Positions 41,901-50,700 of a stretch of 64,000 bases of DNA are shown here, in pieces. A program made the translations under genes and the position numbers. Each line of letters starts with the position of its first letter. The first letter of the stretch is position 1. Source of the DNA: an uncultured virus (IMG/VR IMGVR_UViG_3300016472_000848) (taxonomy: Duplodnaviria > Heunggongvirae > Uroviricota > Caudoviricetes). The notes under the pieces are model-generated. The model did no database searches. It saw only the letters and a list, made by a program, of their open reading frames with translations, and was not told the DNA's origin. The stretch is taken from positions 62,001-126,000 of the IMG/VR virus record IMGVR_UViG_3300016472_000848. One strand, given 5' to 3'.

Positions 41901-42201
41901 TGAACATTCTAAAAGAGTAATAGAACTTGCTTCTGGCATGGAAAAAATGATTTGTTCAATAGCCTTGAGGGTAGCATTATTAAACATTTCTAGTCTTCCT
42001 CGTCCTGATATGTTTATTGTTGACGAAGGATGGGGTACATTAGACGAAGACAATATAAATCGATGCATGGAATTGTTTATTTCGCTAAAAAACCACTTTA
42101 GAACAATTCTATTGATTTCTCATGTGAATCAAGTAAAAGAAATTGTGGATAAAATAATAGAAATTAAAAATGACGGTCTTGAATCTCATGTAAGGATTTG
42201 A
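38980..42201 (+). CDS. fused Mre11/SbcD nuclease - Rad50/SbcC ATPase (gp47-gp46 fusion)
   Basis: SDIH, GD, GNHD, HG, GDIHK phosphoesterase motifs, then Walker A GPNKTGKS, Q-loop SQG, coiled coil, signature ASGMEK, Walker B FIVDEGWGTLD and H-loop ISH, all in one ORF. Confidence 0.9.
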   Translation: MCKIVQISDIHWRGISRHEEYTEAFTRLYKQIKDLNPDLIINTGDSFHTKTQGITPEVIEKLTWMFRSLDEIAPSITILGNHDGNLSNNDRQDIISPIFDAIRPPRSVLCKQSLSFNLEDKFPQLPNASKFRFHIYSPFDQDNWDKIQIDSRRINIGLFHGSMLGCETDQEYVLIEAEADLSYFKNIDFLLLGDIHKHQWISKRMDKDEVLKPWAAYPGSLIQQNFGEIETKGFLVWDIREKNDWDVNFHQLENRMPFITIPWMNNIFDTIQNIAVERKENAFLPGTRYRISSSQALSQIETKQLINELKENRKADEVTFKYEFINRLDTINTEGGLSLSKTNLKTNVDGIQELFLQYLDAHKENLTLTKEQLAIAQEKIKDYLKQVNLQEPDLLHRNVSWTVKSLEFNNIFRYGEKNSIDFKNLEGIVGIFGPNKTGKSSIIGSLMYGLFNTTDRGPVKASYIINKNKTNCSVDVTFNVDNTNYLARRQTSRVISKKQKDDDKTVTTLNLYRLENDKKIECNSISREETDREIKKLIGTSNDFLLTALSSQGDMNKFINEGATQRKAILSKFLNLDLFEKLHSLCKEDYSIINDRTKEYNSKDWSLTLNKIFEEIDFLEKLVEDQEKEILNSKETIELHKLWFAKNQQQIENVDLVKLQNNITKLSSEISSLETNEELLLKKTTSMKQQIKDLKKSNSEINIEELAEKASKLDELKKLLLENKPKLSRETLILENQTKSIKKLEIVPCGDSFPTCHFIKDSHEDKKNVKKQLKEVEKIKTTIQELDSTLQLLLQEKINEKLNEFNLNEQRIKSIESDLNSNLSKLDLIADQKSFISLKLAEDKVKLQDIRSRTTEEMQAEAERRQEIVSSLYTKIKLLESSIKQNLIKIGAKSEFLEKTKKEQNEGRVLIERLKTYDAILSAFSKTGIPSIVLKTQLPTLNSELEKILSGVVNFKIILEMDVNSNAMDVFIQDEHSKRVIELASGMEKMICSIALRVALLNISSLPRPDMFIVDEGWGTLDEDNINRCMELFISLKNHFRTILLISHVNQVKEIVDKIIEIKNDGLESHVRI

Positions 42202-42202
42202 T

Positions 42203-42721
42203 ATGAAAAAAACAGAAGAAATACAAATAAAGCAAAAACCAAAAAAACCTCCAACTAAAACTTTAGTTAAAAAACAATTACCAATTGTTAAAGAAGAACA
42301 AGTTGCGGTAGACCTAGATCCATCAACAAATAAGTTTATTATTGAAACTAACATTTGCGAGCCTTGGGCAGTATGTAATGTTACAATGCCAAAATTACTT
42401 TTTACAAAAAGTATTAATTCTAATGAGCAAAAAATAAAAGACAAAAGTTCAATTGCTTTTGATTTACATTATGTAACGAAGCCTAATGAACCATTATCTA
42501 TTGTAAAAGCTGCTAAAAATGGTATTGAAAAATTAAATCTACATCATATAGATGCTGAAGGGCAGGTTCAGTCTACGTGGACTTTTCTGAACGCAAGGAT
42601 TGCTGGAATTGATTTTGGTACACTATCATACGAAGCAGATGGAACGGAAGAAAATCCATGGAATCAAATTAAAGTAGAAGTTGAATATGAGAAACTTTTG
42701 ATTGATGGATTTGAAGTTTAA
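42203..42721 (+). CDS. tail-tube (gp19)-like fold protein
   Basis: LNLHHIDAEGQVQSTWTFLNA.IAGIDFGTLSYE...IKVEVEYE resembles the C-terminal half of T4 gp19-type tube proteins. Confidence 0.5.
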   Translation: MKKTEEIQIKQKPKKPPTKTLVKKQLPIVKEEQVAVDLDPSTNKFIIETNICEPWAVCNVTMPKLLFTKSINSNEQKIKDKSSIAFDLHYVTKPNEPLSIVKAAKNGIEKLNLHHIDAEGQVQSTWTFLNARIAGIDFGTLSYEADGTEENPWNQIKVEVEYEKLLIDGFEV

Positions 42722-42782
42722 ATCTAATCTTTGACAGGCTACAATATATATTAAACCTTTAACACACAAAATTGAGAATAAA

Positions 42783-43064
42783 ATGGGAAAAAAGAAGAAA
42801 GTAACGGCTGTAAAAAATTATAATAATTCACCAAATCCAATCGTATTGAAAATGATCAATCATTTTTCAGACCTAGTAAAACTAGGTTACACTAATGATA
42901 CATGGACCGAGGCTTCAATGGTTCTGAGGGACATTTCTAGAAATGTTTCCCAAGAAACAATGAATGATCTTGGAGAACTATGGTCAGAAGCCTATGTGAC
43001 TACAGATCTGGAAGAGTTAGACCGAAAGATAGAAAAAGTAATAAACAGTTTAAGTTATCAATGA
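42783..43064 (+). CDS. hypothetical protein
   Basis: 93-aa ORF followed by a terminator. Confidence 0.65.
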   Translation: MGKKKKVTAVKNYNNSPNPIVLKMINHFSDLVKLGYTNDTWTEASMVLRDISRNVSQETMNDLGELWSEAYVTTDLEELDRKIEKVINSLSYQ

Positions 43065-43072
43065 TACAAAAG

Positions 43073-43105
43073 AAAAGCCCTGTAAAATGGGCTTTTTTTA
43101 TTTTT
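43073..43105 (+). terminator. rho-independent terminator
   Basis: AAAAGCCC-TGTAAAAT-GGGCTTTT followed by TTTATTTTT. Confidence 0.7.
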
Positions 43106-43117
43106 ATAGGACAAATA

Positions 43118-44113
43118 ATGGAAAAAAGACCCATAATTTTAATTGATGGTTTTAATTTTTTTTTGCGCCATTTTATGGCAAATGAAGAAATAAACGACAA
43201 AGGAGAACCGATAGGTGGAGTTATTGGATTTTTAAAAGGAATTAACATTTTTTTAGAAAAATTTTCTCCACAAAAAATTTTTGTCATATGGGAGGCAGGC
43301 GGACCTTCCCCAAGAAGAAAAAAAATATATTCAGAATATAAATGCAATCGTGGTAAAGTAAAAGAATTTACCAAATATAAATCTGGTATGGGAGACATGA
43401 AAGATGTCTTAAGATTAGATGAAGAAACGAAACTAAATCAACTTTTGTTATTATCAAAATTATTAAAAACAACGCCAATACATCAAATTTTTGTTTCTGA
43501 AACTGAATGCGATGATATCATAGGGTATCTAATTCGAGGAAAATTAGTAAATGAAAGCGCCAAAAAGATAATAGTATCCTCAGACAAGGATTTTATTCAG
43601 CTTTTAGACGATTGTTCAGTAGAAATATATGATCTGGTAACCAAATCACTGATCAATGAAGAGAAAATATTGAAAAAATATTCCATTTCACCTAAAAATT
43701 TTTGTTTGGCAAAAACTTTGGTGGGAGATGAAAGCGATAATATAAAAGGTATTATGGGTGCAGGATGGAAGACCATAGCTAAAAGATTTCCAATTCTTGC
43801 AGAAAAAGATAGAGATATAATGATCTCAGATTTATTAGAAATTTCAAAACTTAATTTAAACTCTAAAAAGCAAATTAAAATATATAACGATATCATTATT
43901 AATGAAGAATTAATAAAAAGAAATTGGAGTTTGATGTACCTCAATATATCTACATTATCAGCTAGTCAAATCAATAAAATTGATAATGCGATAGATAACC
44001 ACGAGTATAAAATGGATAAATTATCATTCATAAAAATCTTACTAGAAGCGGGTGTTGCTACCAATTTAGACATAGATGGATTTTGTTCTGATTTAAGAAA
44101 CTTATTACATTAA
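43118..44113 (+). CDS. 5'-3' exonuclease / flap endonuclease (T4 RNase H-like)
   Basis: ILIDGFN, RRKKIYSEYK.NR, ECDDIIG, SSDKDFIQL, LVGDESDNIKGI. The start is probably ATG 43118, since the longer ORF runs through the terminator. Confidence 0.9.
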   Translation: MEKRPIILIDGFNFFLRHFMANEEINDKGEPIGGVIGFLKGINIFLEKFSPQKIFVIWEAGGPSPRRKKIYSEYKCNRGKVKEFTKYKSGMGDMKDVLRLDEETKLNQLLLLSKLLKTTPIHQIFVSETECDDIIGYLIRGKLVNESAKKIIVSSDKDFIQLLDDCSVEIYDLVTKSLINEEKILKKYSISPKNFCLAKTLVGDESDNIKGIMGAGWKTIAKRFPILAEKDRDIMISDLLEISKLNLNSKKQIKIYNDIIINEELIKRNWSLMYLNISTLSASQINKIDNAIDNHEYKMDKLSFIKILLEAGVATNLDIDGFCSDLRNLLH

Positions 44114-44181
44114 ATTGAAGAATAGTTTATTCAACATTTTTAATATGCTAGGTTCAAAGAAGTTCCTCAACTGGAGTAGTT

Positions 44182-46656
44182 ATGAATACAATGAGTGCGG
44201 TAGCAGAGAAACAAATTCTTGAAAAAGAAATCCAACAGCAATCACAGCAAAACAAAGTCTTTTCTTTCGATAAAAGCTTCCAGGAAAAAATAGTACAGGC
44301 TTGTCTCGTAGATCGGCTTTGGGCTTCTCAGTTCTCAGAAGTTCTAGATGTAAATTATTTTCAATTTCCATATCTTAAATTAATTGCTTTCGAATATTTT
44401 CAATATCATACAAAATACAAAGAATTTCCTTCTTTTGAATTATTGCTTAATATTCTTAAGGATAAACTAAAATCAGACAAAGATTCCCTTCTACGAGAAC
44501 AGATAAAATCCTTTCTTGTAAAAGTTCAAGATAATGAAGATTTAGGGGATCTAGGATATGTGAAAGATAAATCTCTAGACTTTTGTAAGAAAGTTGGATT
44601 ACAAAAGGCGTTAGAACAATCTGTAGACCTTCTTGAAACAGAAAAATATGAAAAGATTGTTGACCTAATCAAAAATGCTATTACTGCCGGTAATAGCAAT
44701 ACTCCAGGTCTTGATCTTTTTTCAGATGTTGATGCAAGATACAGTGAAACGTTCCGTAAAACAGTAGCTACCGGTGTCATGGAACTAGATCAAAGAAAAA
44801 TTCTTAATGGTGGTCTTGGAGCCGGTGAATTAGGAGTAGTCATAGCACCTACAGGGTGTCATGCAAAAGGAACATTAATTCTTATGCATGATGGTTCAAC
44901 TAAAAAAGTAGAAGACGTTGTTGTGGGAGATCGGTTAATGGGACCAGATAGCAAACCAAGAACTGTTTTGCAATTAGCCCGTGGCAAAGAGAAAATGTAT
45001 CAAATAACACCGACAAAAGGAGAAAGCTTTGTAGTTAATGAGAACCACATTCTTTCACTTAAAAGAACAAATGATGGAACTTCTTTAGCTGGCTCTACAA
45101 TCAATATAACTGTAAAGGATTATATAACTGAAAGTAAAACATTCAAACATTGCCACAAGTTATGGAGAACTGGAGTAGAGTTTGAACGCCCATCACCAAC
45201 TGGCATTTCCCCTTACGTATTAGGATTATTGCTTGGCGATGGATGGGTATCGGAAAAACGTATTGAATTAACCACTGCCGATGCAGAAATTGCTTCAGAA
45301 TTTATAAATGAAGTACAAAAAATGGGAAATGAAGTATCCGTTCATACGAAAAAAGACAGCAAAGCTATTGGTTATTATGTAATAAAAGGAGAAAAGGAAC
45401 TTGGAACCACAGGGGAAAACCATGTAAAAAATGCTTTAAATTTACTTGGATTGATAGATGCGAATTCAGGGAATAAATTCATTCCATATGTTTATAAGTG
45501 TGCTCCAAGAAAAGATCGTCTTGAGCTTCTTGCAGGCTTGATTGATACAGATGGGCACCGTAGCCATAATTGTTATGAATATGTTTCGAAATCAAAACAG
45601 TTAGCTGAAGACGTTCAATTCATTACTAGAAGTCTTGGGCTTGTGGCAAATATTGCCAATAAAGTTGTAAATGATGAACAATATTGGCGAGTGACCATCT
45701 CTGGAAATACCCACATTATTCCTTCAAGACTTTCAAGGAAACAATGCCACGATAGAAATCAAAAGAAAAATGTACTCTTAACTGGATTCTTGATTCAAGA
45801 ATTGCCAGAAGATAATTTTTATGGTTTTGCACTTACTGATGATCACTTATATCTTACCGGAGATTTTATGGTTCATCATAATACAGGAAAATCACATGTA
45901 TTAGTTCATTTAGGTGCTCAAGCCTTAAAACAAGGTAAGAATGTGCTTTATTACAGCTATGAATTGAACGAAAGAGCAATAGGTGTTCGTTTTGATTCTC
46001 ATTTACTAGAAATAAATTCTACAGATTGCTACGAACAAAGAGAAAAAATCAAGAAGTTTTATGAAGGAAATGTAGAAAATATTGGTAGATTAAAAGTGAA
46101 ATATTATCCAACCGGTTCTGCAACAGTAAATACAATTAGATCGCACGTAGAAAAATTAGGTATTCAAGAAAAATTCCGTCCAGATTTGATCCTTATTGAT
46201 TACGCTGGTATCATGCGATCAACAGAAAAGTATGAACTTCTTCGTCTTGAATTGAAAAAGGTTTACGAAGAATTGCGTTCATTAGCTAATGAATTAGATG
46301 TTCCAATTTGGACCGCTTCTCAATCTAATAAAGAAGGTGCAGATAAAGATGTAGTAGATTTGACCAATATGGCTGAAGCCTATGGACAAGCTCACGTAGC
46401 GGATTTTATTCTTGGTCTTTCAAGGAAGTCTGTTGATAAATCAACTGGTTATGGAAATATTTTCGTGGCTAAAAATCGTGCCGGTGTGGATGGAGTAAAA
46501 TATCATATTCATCTTGATACAGGCAAATCAATACTAAGGGTAATATCAGAAGATGAAATAAGAAATATTTCCACAGAAGACGAAGAGGTTTCAGAAGATT
46601 CTATGAAATTCTTAAGAAGAAGATTCAAAGAAATGCAGAGAAAAAATGATCGTTGA
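44182..46656 (+). CDS. dnaB: replicative DnaB-like helicase containing one intein
   Basis: Walker A APTG|TGKS split by an intein; YSYE, LILIDYAGIM, WTASQSN, AKNRAG. Confidence 0.88.
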   Translation: MNTMSAVAEKQILEKEIQQQSQQNKVFSFDKSFQEKIVQACLVDRLWASQFSEVLDVNYFQFPYLKLIAFEYFQYHTKYKEFPSFELLLNILKDKLKSDKDSLLREQIKSFLVKVQDNEDLGDLGYVKDKSLDFCKKVGLQKALEQSVDLLETEKYEKIVDLIKNAITAGNSNTPGLDLFSDVDARYSETFRKTVATGVMELDQRKILNGGLGAGELGVVIAPTGCHAKGTLILMHDGSTKKVEDVVVGDRLMGPDSKPRTVLQLARGKEKMYQITPTKGESFVVNENHILSLKRTNDGTSLAGSTINITVKDYITESKTFKHCHKLWRTGVEFERPSPTGISPYVLGLLLGDGWVSEKRIELTTADAEIASEFINEVQKMGNEVSVHTKKDSKAIGYYVIKGEKELGTTGENHVKNALNLLGLIDANSGNKFIPYVYKCAPRKDRLELLAGLIDTDGHRSHNCYEYVSKSKQLAEDVQFITRSLGLVANIANKVVNDEQYWRVTISGNTHIIPSRLSRKQCHDRNQKKNVLLTGFLIQELPEDNFYGFALTDDHLYLTGDFMVHHNTGKSHVLVHLGAQALKQGKNVLYYSYELNERAIGVRFDSHLLEINSTDCYEQREKIKKFYEGNVENIGRLKVKYYPTGSATVNTIRSHVEKLGIQEKFRPDLILIDYAGIMRSTEKYELLRLELKKVYEELRSLANELDVPIWTASQSNKEGADKDVVDLTNMAEAYGQAHVADFILGLSRKSVDKSTGYGNIFVAKNRAGVDGVKYHIHLDTGKSILRVISEDEIRNISTEDEEVSEDSMKFLRRRFKEMQRKNDR
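44857..45882 (+). mobile_element. intein (342 aa) with LAGLIDADG endonuclease in the helicase P-loop
   Basis: Starts CHAKGT, ends MVHHN|T; internal LGLLLGDG and LAGLIDTDG blocks. Confidence 0.92.
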
Positions 46657-46704
46657 AATACTTTTAATATCAGGCACTTAATAATCACACGAATAAGGTA
46701 AATT

Positions 46705-47685
46705 ATGACTCTACTAGAACGTCGCATCAATTATAGACCATTCTTATATCAACCAGCTTATGACTATTGGTTAAAACAACAGCAAGCACATTGGCTCTCT
46801 TCTGAGGTTACTCTTAATCAAGACCTTCTTGATTGGAATATGAACCTTACTCCCTCAGAGAAATCAATCATTGGCGGCATTCTAAAGGGATTTACTCAAA
46901 CCGAAATATTTGTTAATGATTATTGGTCAGGTAAAGTTGCTCGTTGGTTCCAGCATCCAGAAGTTGTAATGGCTGCTACAACTATGGCTTCTTTTGAAAC
47001 CATCCACACTCAAGCCTATTCCCTACTTGACGAAACTCTTGGATTTGCCGATTATGAAGCTTTTCTTGCAGAGCCAACCATTAAGGCAAAGATTGATCGT
47101 CTTGTAGAAACTGGTAATATTGATACAACGGATATGACCACAGAAAAGAAGATGACGATGGCTAAGTCTCTTGCCGTATTCTCTGCTTTTACAGAAGGCG
47201 TTTCTCTTTTCTCTTCATTTGCTGTTCTCCTGCATTTCTCTCGTTATAATAAGATGAAAGGCATGAGCCAAATTGTTACATGGAGCATAAAGGATGAAAC
47301 CTTACATTCGGAGTTTGGTTGTTATTTGTTTAGAACATTTGTTGAAGAAAATCCGGAAATCTGGACCGACGAGTTCAAAAAAGAAATCTATCAAGCAGCA
47401 AGAGATACTGTGGCTTTAGAAGATAACTTTATTGATAGAGTTTTTGAACATGGTAATATTGAAGGTCTTACCAAGGAAGATTTAAAAGATTTCATTCGTC
47501 ACCGTGCAAATATGCAACTTGGAAAACTCGGTTTAAAACAAAACTGGAAGAATGTAGATAAGGAAGCATTGAAGCGTATGGAATGGTTTGATGCTATCGG
47601 CGCTGGAGTTAGACTTGATGATTTCTTCGCCATTAAACCAACTGATTATAGCCGTGGCGTTGTAAATTTTGATGATATGTTCTGA
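46705..47685 (+). CDS. nrdB: ribonucleotide reductase class I beta subunit
   Basis: Metal ligands TQTE, ETIH with radical Tyr (ETIHTQAY), FTEG..LFSSF, DETLH. Confidence 0.93.
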   Translation: MTLLERRINYRPFLYQPAYDYWLKQQQAHWLSSEVTLNQDLLDWNMNLTPSEKSIIGGILKGFTQTEIFVNDYWSGKVARWFQHPEVVMAATTMASFETIHTQAYSLLDETLGFADYEAFLAEPTIKAKIDRLVETGNIDTTDMTTEKKMTMAKSLAVFSAFTEGVSLFSSFAVLLHFSRYNKMKGMSQIVTWSIKDETLHSEFGCYLFRTFVEENPEIWTDEFKKEIYQAARDTVALEDNFIDRVFEHGNIEGLTKEDLKDFIRHRANMQLGKLGLKQNWKNVDKEALKRMEWFDAIGAGVRLDDFFAIKPTDYSRGVVNFDDMF

Positions 47686-47757
47686 TCTAACAAGTTTAAT
47701 CAATTTTTTTCAACTGTTAAGATATGTAATAGAATAAACAGGATATTAAAGTAATAT

Positions 47758-50700
47758 ATGAAGACATTAGAAGAATTAAAAGCAGAAGGCGAAGCACCGG
47801 AATGGTTGTCAAATGATGCATTTCAAATGTTGCAAGGCGGTTATTTGTGGAATGACGAAACTCCTAAACAGATGTATCGTCGTGTAGCAGCTTCTGTTGC
47901 CCAATCTCTAAAGAAGCCAGAATTAGAAGATAAGTTCTTTAACATTATGTGGAAGAACTGGTTGTGCCCTTCTACTCCAGTATTATGCAACACTGGAACA
48001 ACTCGTGGTTTACCCATAAGCTGTTTAACTGGCGATTCTTGGGTTAATACAAAATCTGGCGGAAAACAAATTAAAGATATTCAAATTGGAGATCAGGTTC
48101 TTACTCACAAAGGTCGTTGGCGTAATGTTATCTCAAAAACATCACAACAGTCCAAAGATCCAATTTATATCCTAAAAGTTCGAACAAGAATGACTCCAGT
48201 TAAGATAACTGGTAATCACTTGGTCCTAACTAATTTAGGATGGGTCCGTGTTGATGAACTCGACATTAGCAAACATTGGATTGCCGTTAATAAAGATATA
48301 GAATACGAAGAGAAAGACTACGCCATTTCATTGAAAGAATATTGTCCATATGCTCACATAGAGCATGATGGAAAAATATGCAAAATTCAAGAAACAAAAT
48401 CAAATAAAAAGCGAGATATGAGAAAAGATCAAATCTTGTCATATTATTCGCAACCATATGCAACTATACCTGTTGATGAAGAGGTAGCTTGGGCTCTTGG
48501 GTTATGGTTCGCAGAAGGTAGCAGAAGTCAAAATCATAAAAAATTAGCAAATGGTATACGTATTACAATAGGATCACATGAAGAACACTATGCAAAACGT
48601 TTTCTTCATATAATGAAAGAAAAATTTAATTTAAATGGAAATTATTACTTTTCTGAAAGTCCAAATCCAAATAAATCTGGATATATGAATTCTTGGATCT
48701 CAGTAAATGTAAATGGAAGATTAATAGGAGAATTCTTTGATAAAGAATTTGGAATTGGTTGCAAAAATAAAAAAATTCCTCAATGGATCATTGATTTACC
48801 AAGACCAATATTAAAATCCTTTATTCAAGGAGTATTGGATGGAGATGGAAGCCGAAGTGCATCAGGAACCGATAAAATTACATTAACAAATGGACCAATG
48901 ATTTTGGGAATGTATAATTCTTTATTAAAACTCAAGGTTCCATGCTCTTTGCAAATGCAGACTAAAGCATCTAAGTTATCTAAAGATTCCTTTGTATATA
49001 CGATTGACATGTATGATGGATACGACATGTCAAAAGCAAGAAAAAGACCAGCCGTAGGTATTCAATTTGAAAATAATCTTTATGCCCCAATAGCAAGTTT
49101 AATAAAAACTGATATGAAAGAAGAGGTTTTTGATATCGGAGTTGAAGAAGATCATTCTTTTTCGGTTAGCGGAGTTGTTGTACATAACTGTTTCTCTTCC
49201 TATATGGCCGATGATACTTATGAAATTTTAGAAACCCTACAGGAAGTAGCAATGCTATCCAAGTATGGTGGTGGAACAGCTATCCACGTTAATGATGTTC
49301 GTGCTAAAGGAACACCAATCTCCAAAGGTGGACACTCAGATGGTGTAGTTCCATTCCTTAAAATGGCAGATAGCGTTATTCTTGGTATCTCTCAGGGTTC
49401 TACTCGTCGTGGTGCTTGTGCCGCCTACATTGATATTGAACATGGTGATTTTGACGAGTTCCTTCAGTCTCGCAGACCAACCGGCGATACCAATCGTCAA
49501 TGCCTTAATCTTCATCATGGTGTTTGCGTCTCAAATGCCTTTATAGACAAGGTAAAAGCTGGTGACACAGAAGCCCGTAGACGCTGGAAAGAGCTGATTA
49601 AGAGCCGCGTAGAGACAGGAGAGCCCTATGTTTTCTTTACGGACAACGCTAATGATCAAGCGCCGCCTGTTTTAAAAGAAACTGGTATTAAACTTAAAGG
49701 CTCAAACCTTTGCGTAACCGGAGATCAGATGGTTGTAACTTCAAAAGGATTACGTAATGTCATTGATCTTGTTTCTTCTGGCGAGGAATTGACTTTATTT
49801 GATGGAAGTAAAAAAGTAAATGCTTCTCCAATGAAGCTAATAGAAAAAAATGCTCCTGTATATCGTATTACTACAAAATCTGGACGAACACATGACGTTA
49901 CATCATATCATAAAGTAAAAACAATTCGTGGAATGATTGCTTGCGAGGAGCTTAAAGCTGGAGATAAAATCTTTGTTCAACGCAATGAAGGTTTGTTTGG
50001 CAATATACACAAGCCGGAAATGGCATTCTTATTAGGTCTTTATCATGCAGATGGCACACAGACCGACAAATATGTTTATATTGACATTTGGGAAAATGAT
50101 TTTGAACTTCGTTCAGAGATAGAAAATTCAATACAGAAAGTTTATTCTGAAGAGAATTGGCTTGAATATGATATTAAAAATCAAACTGGCGTAAGTGTTG
50201 GTAAAAGAAAAACAAAAATTCCAACTTTTATTAAACAAAATACTGGATCATCATCTGTTCAAAAAATCCGTCTTGGATCACATAAGTTAAAACAATTTGG
50301 TTTTAAAAAAGGTGTAATACCAGACTGGATTTATCAAGGTGATAAAGAAACTATTTCTCAATATCTAAGAGGGCTTTATATCGCAGATGGAACAATAAAC
50401 ATCAGCAAATCACATGGAAATCCTCTATATCTTTCACTAGCTTCAATTGATCGTGATTTTCTTGGAAAGATACAGATAATTCTTTCTAATCTCGGAATTG
50501 AATCAAAAATATATATGATGAGAAAAGCGGGTAAAAGTTTATTGCCTGACGGAAAGGGCGGTAGTAAATATTATGATACGAAAGACTGCTGGCGGTTAAA
50601 TATTAGCAATAAAACTGATGCAATAAAGTTTGATAAACTTACAGGATTTCTTGCATATAAAGGAAAATCTCTTCAAGAAAGAAAGTATAGAGATAATACA

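Noticed and set aside
42731..42760. TTGACA, a sigma70 -35 box
   Set aside because: No good -10 hexamer at 16-18 nt spacing.
42980..43117. N-terminal extension of the 5'-3' exonuclease ORF
   Set aside because: It overlaps the previous gene and runs through a terminator; homology starts at ATG 43118.
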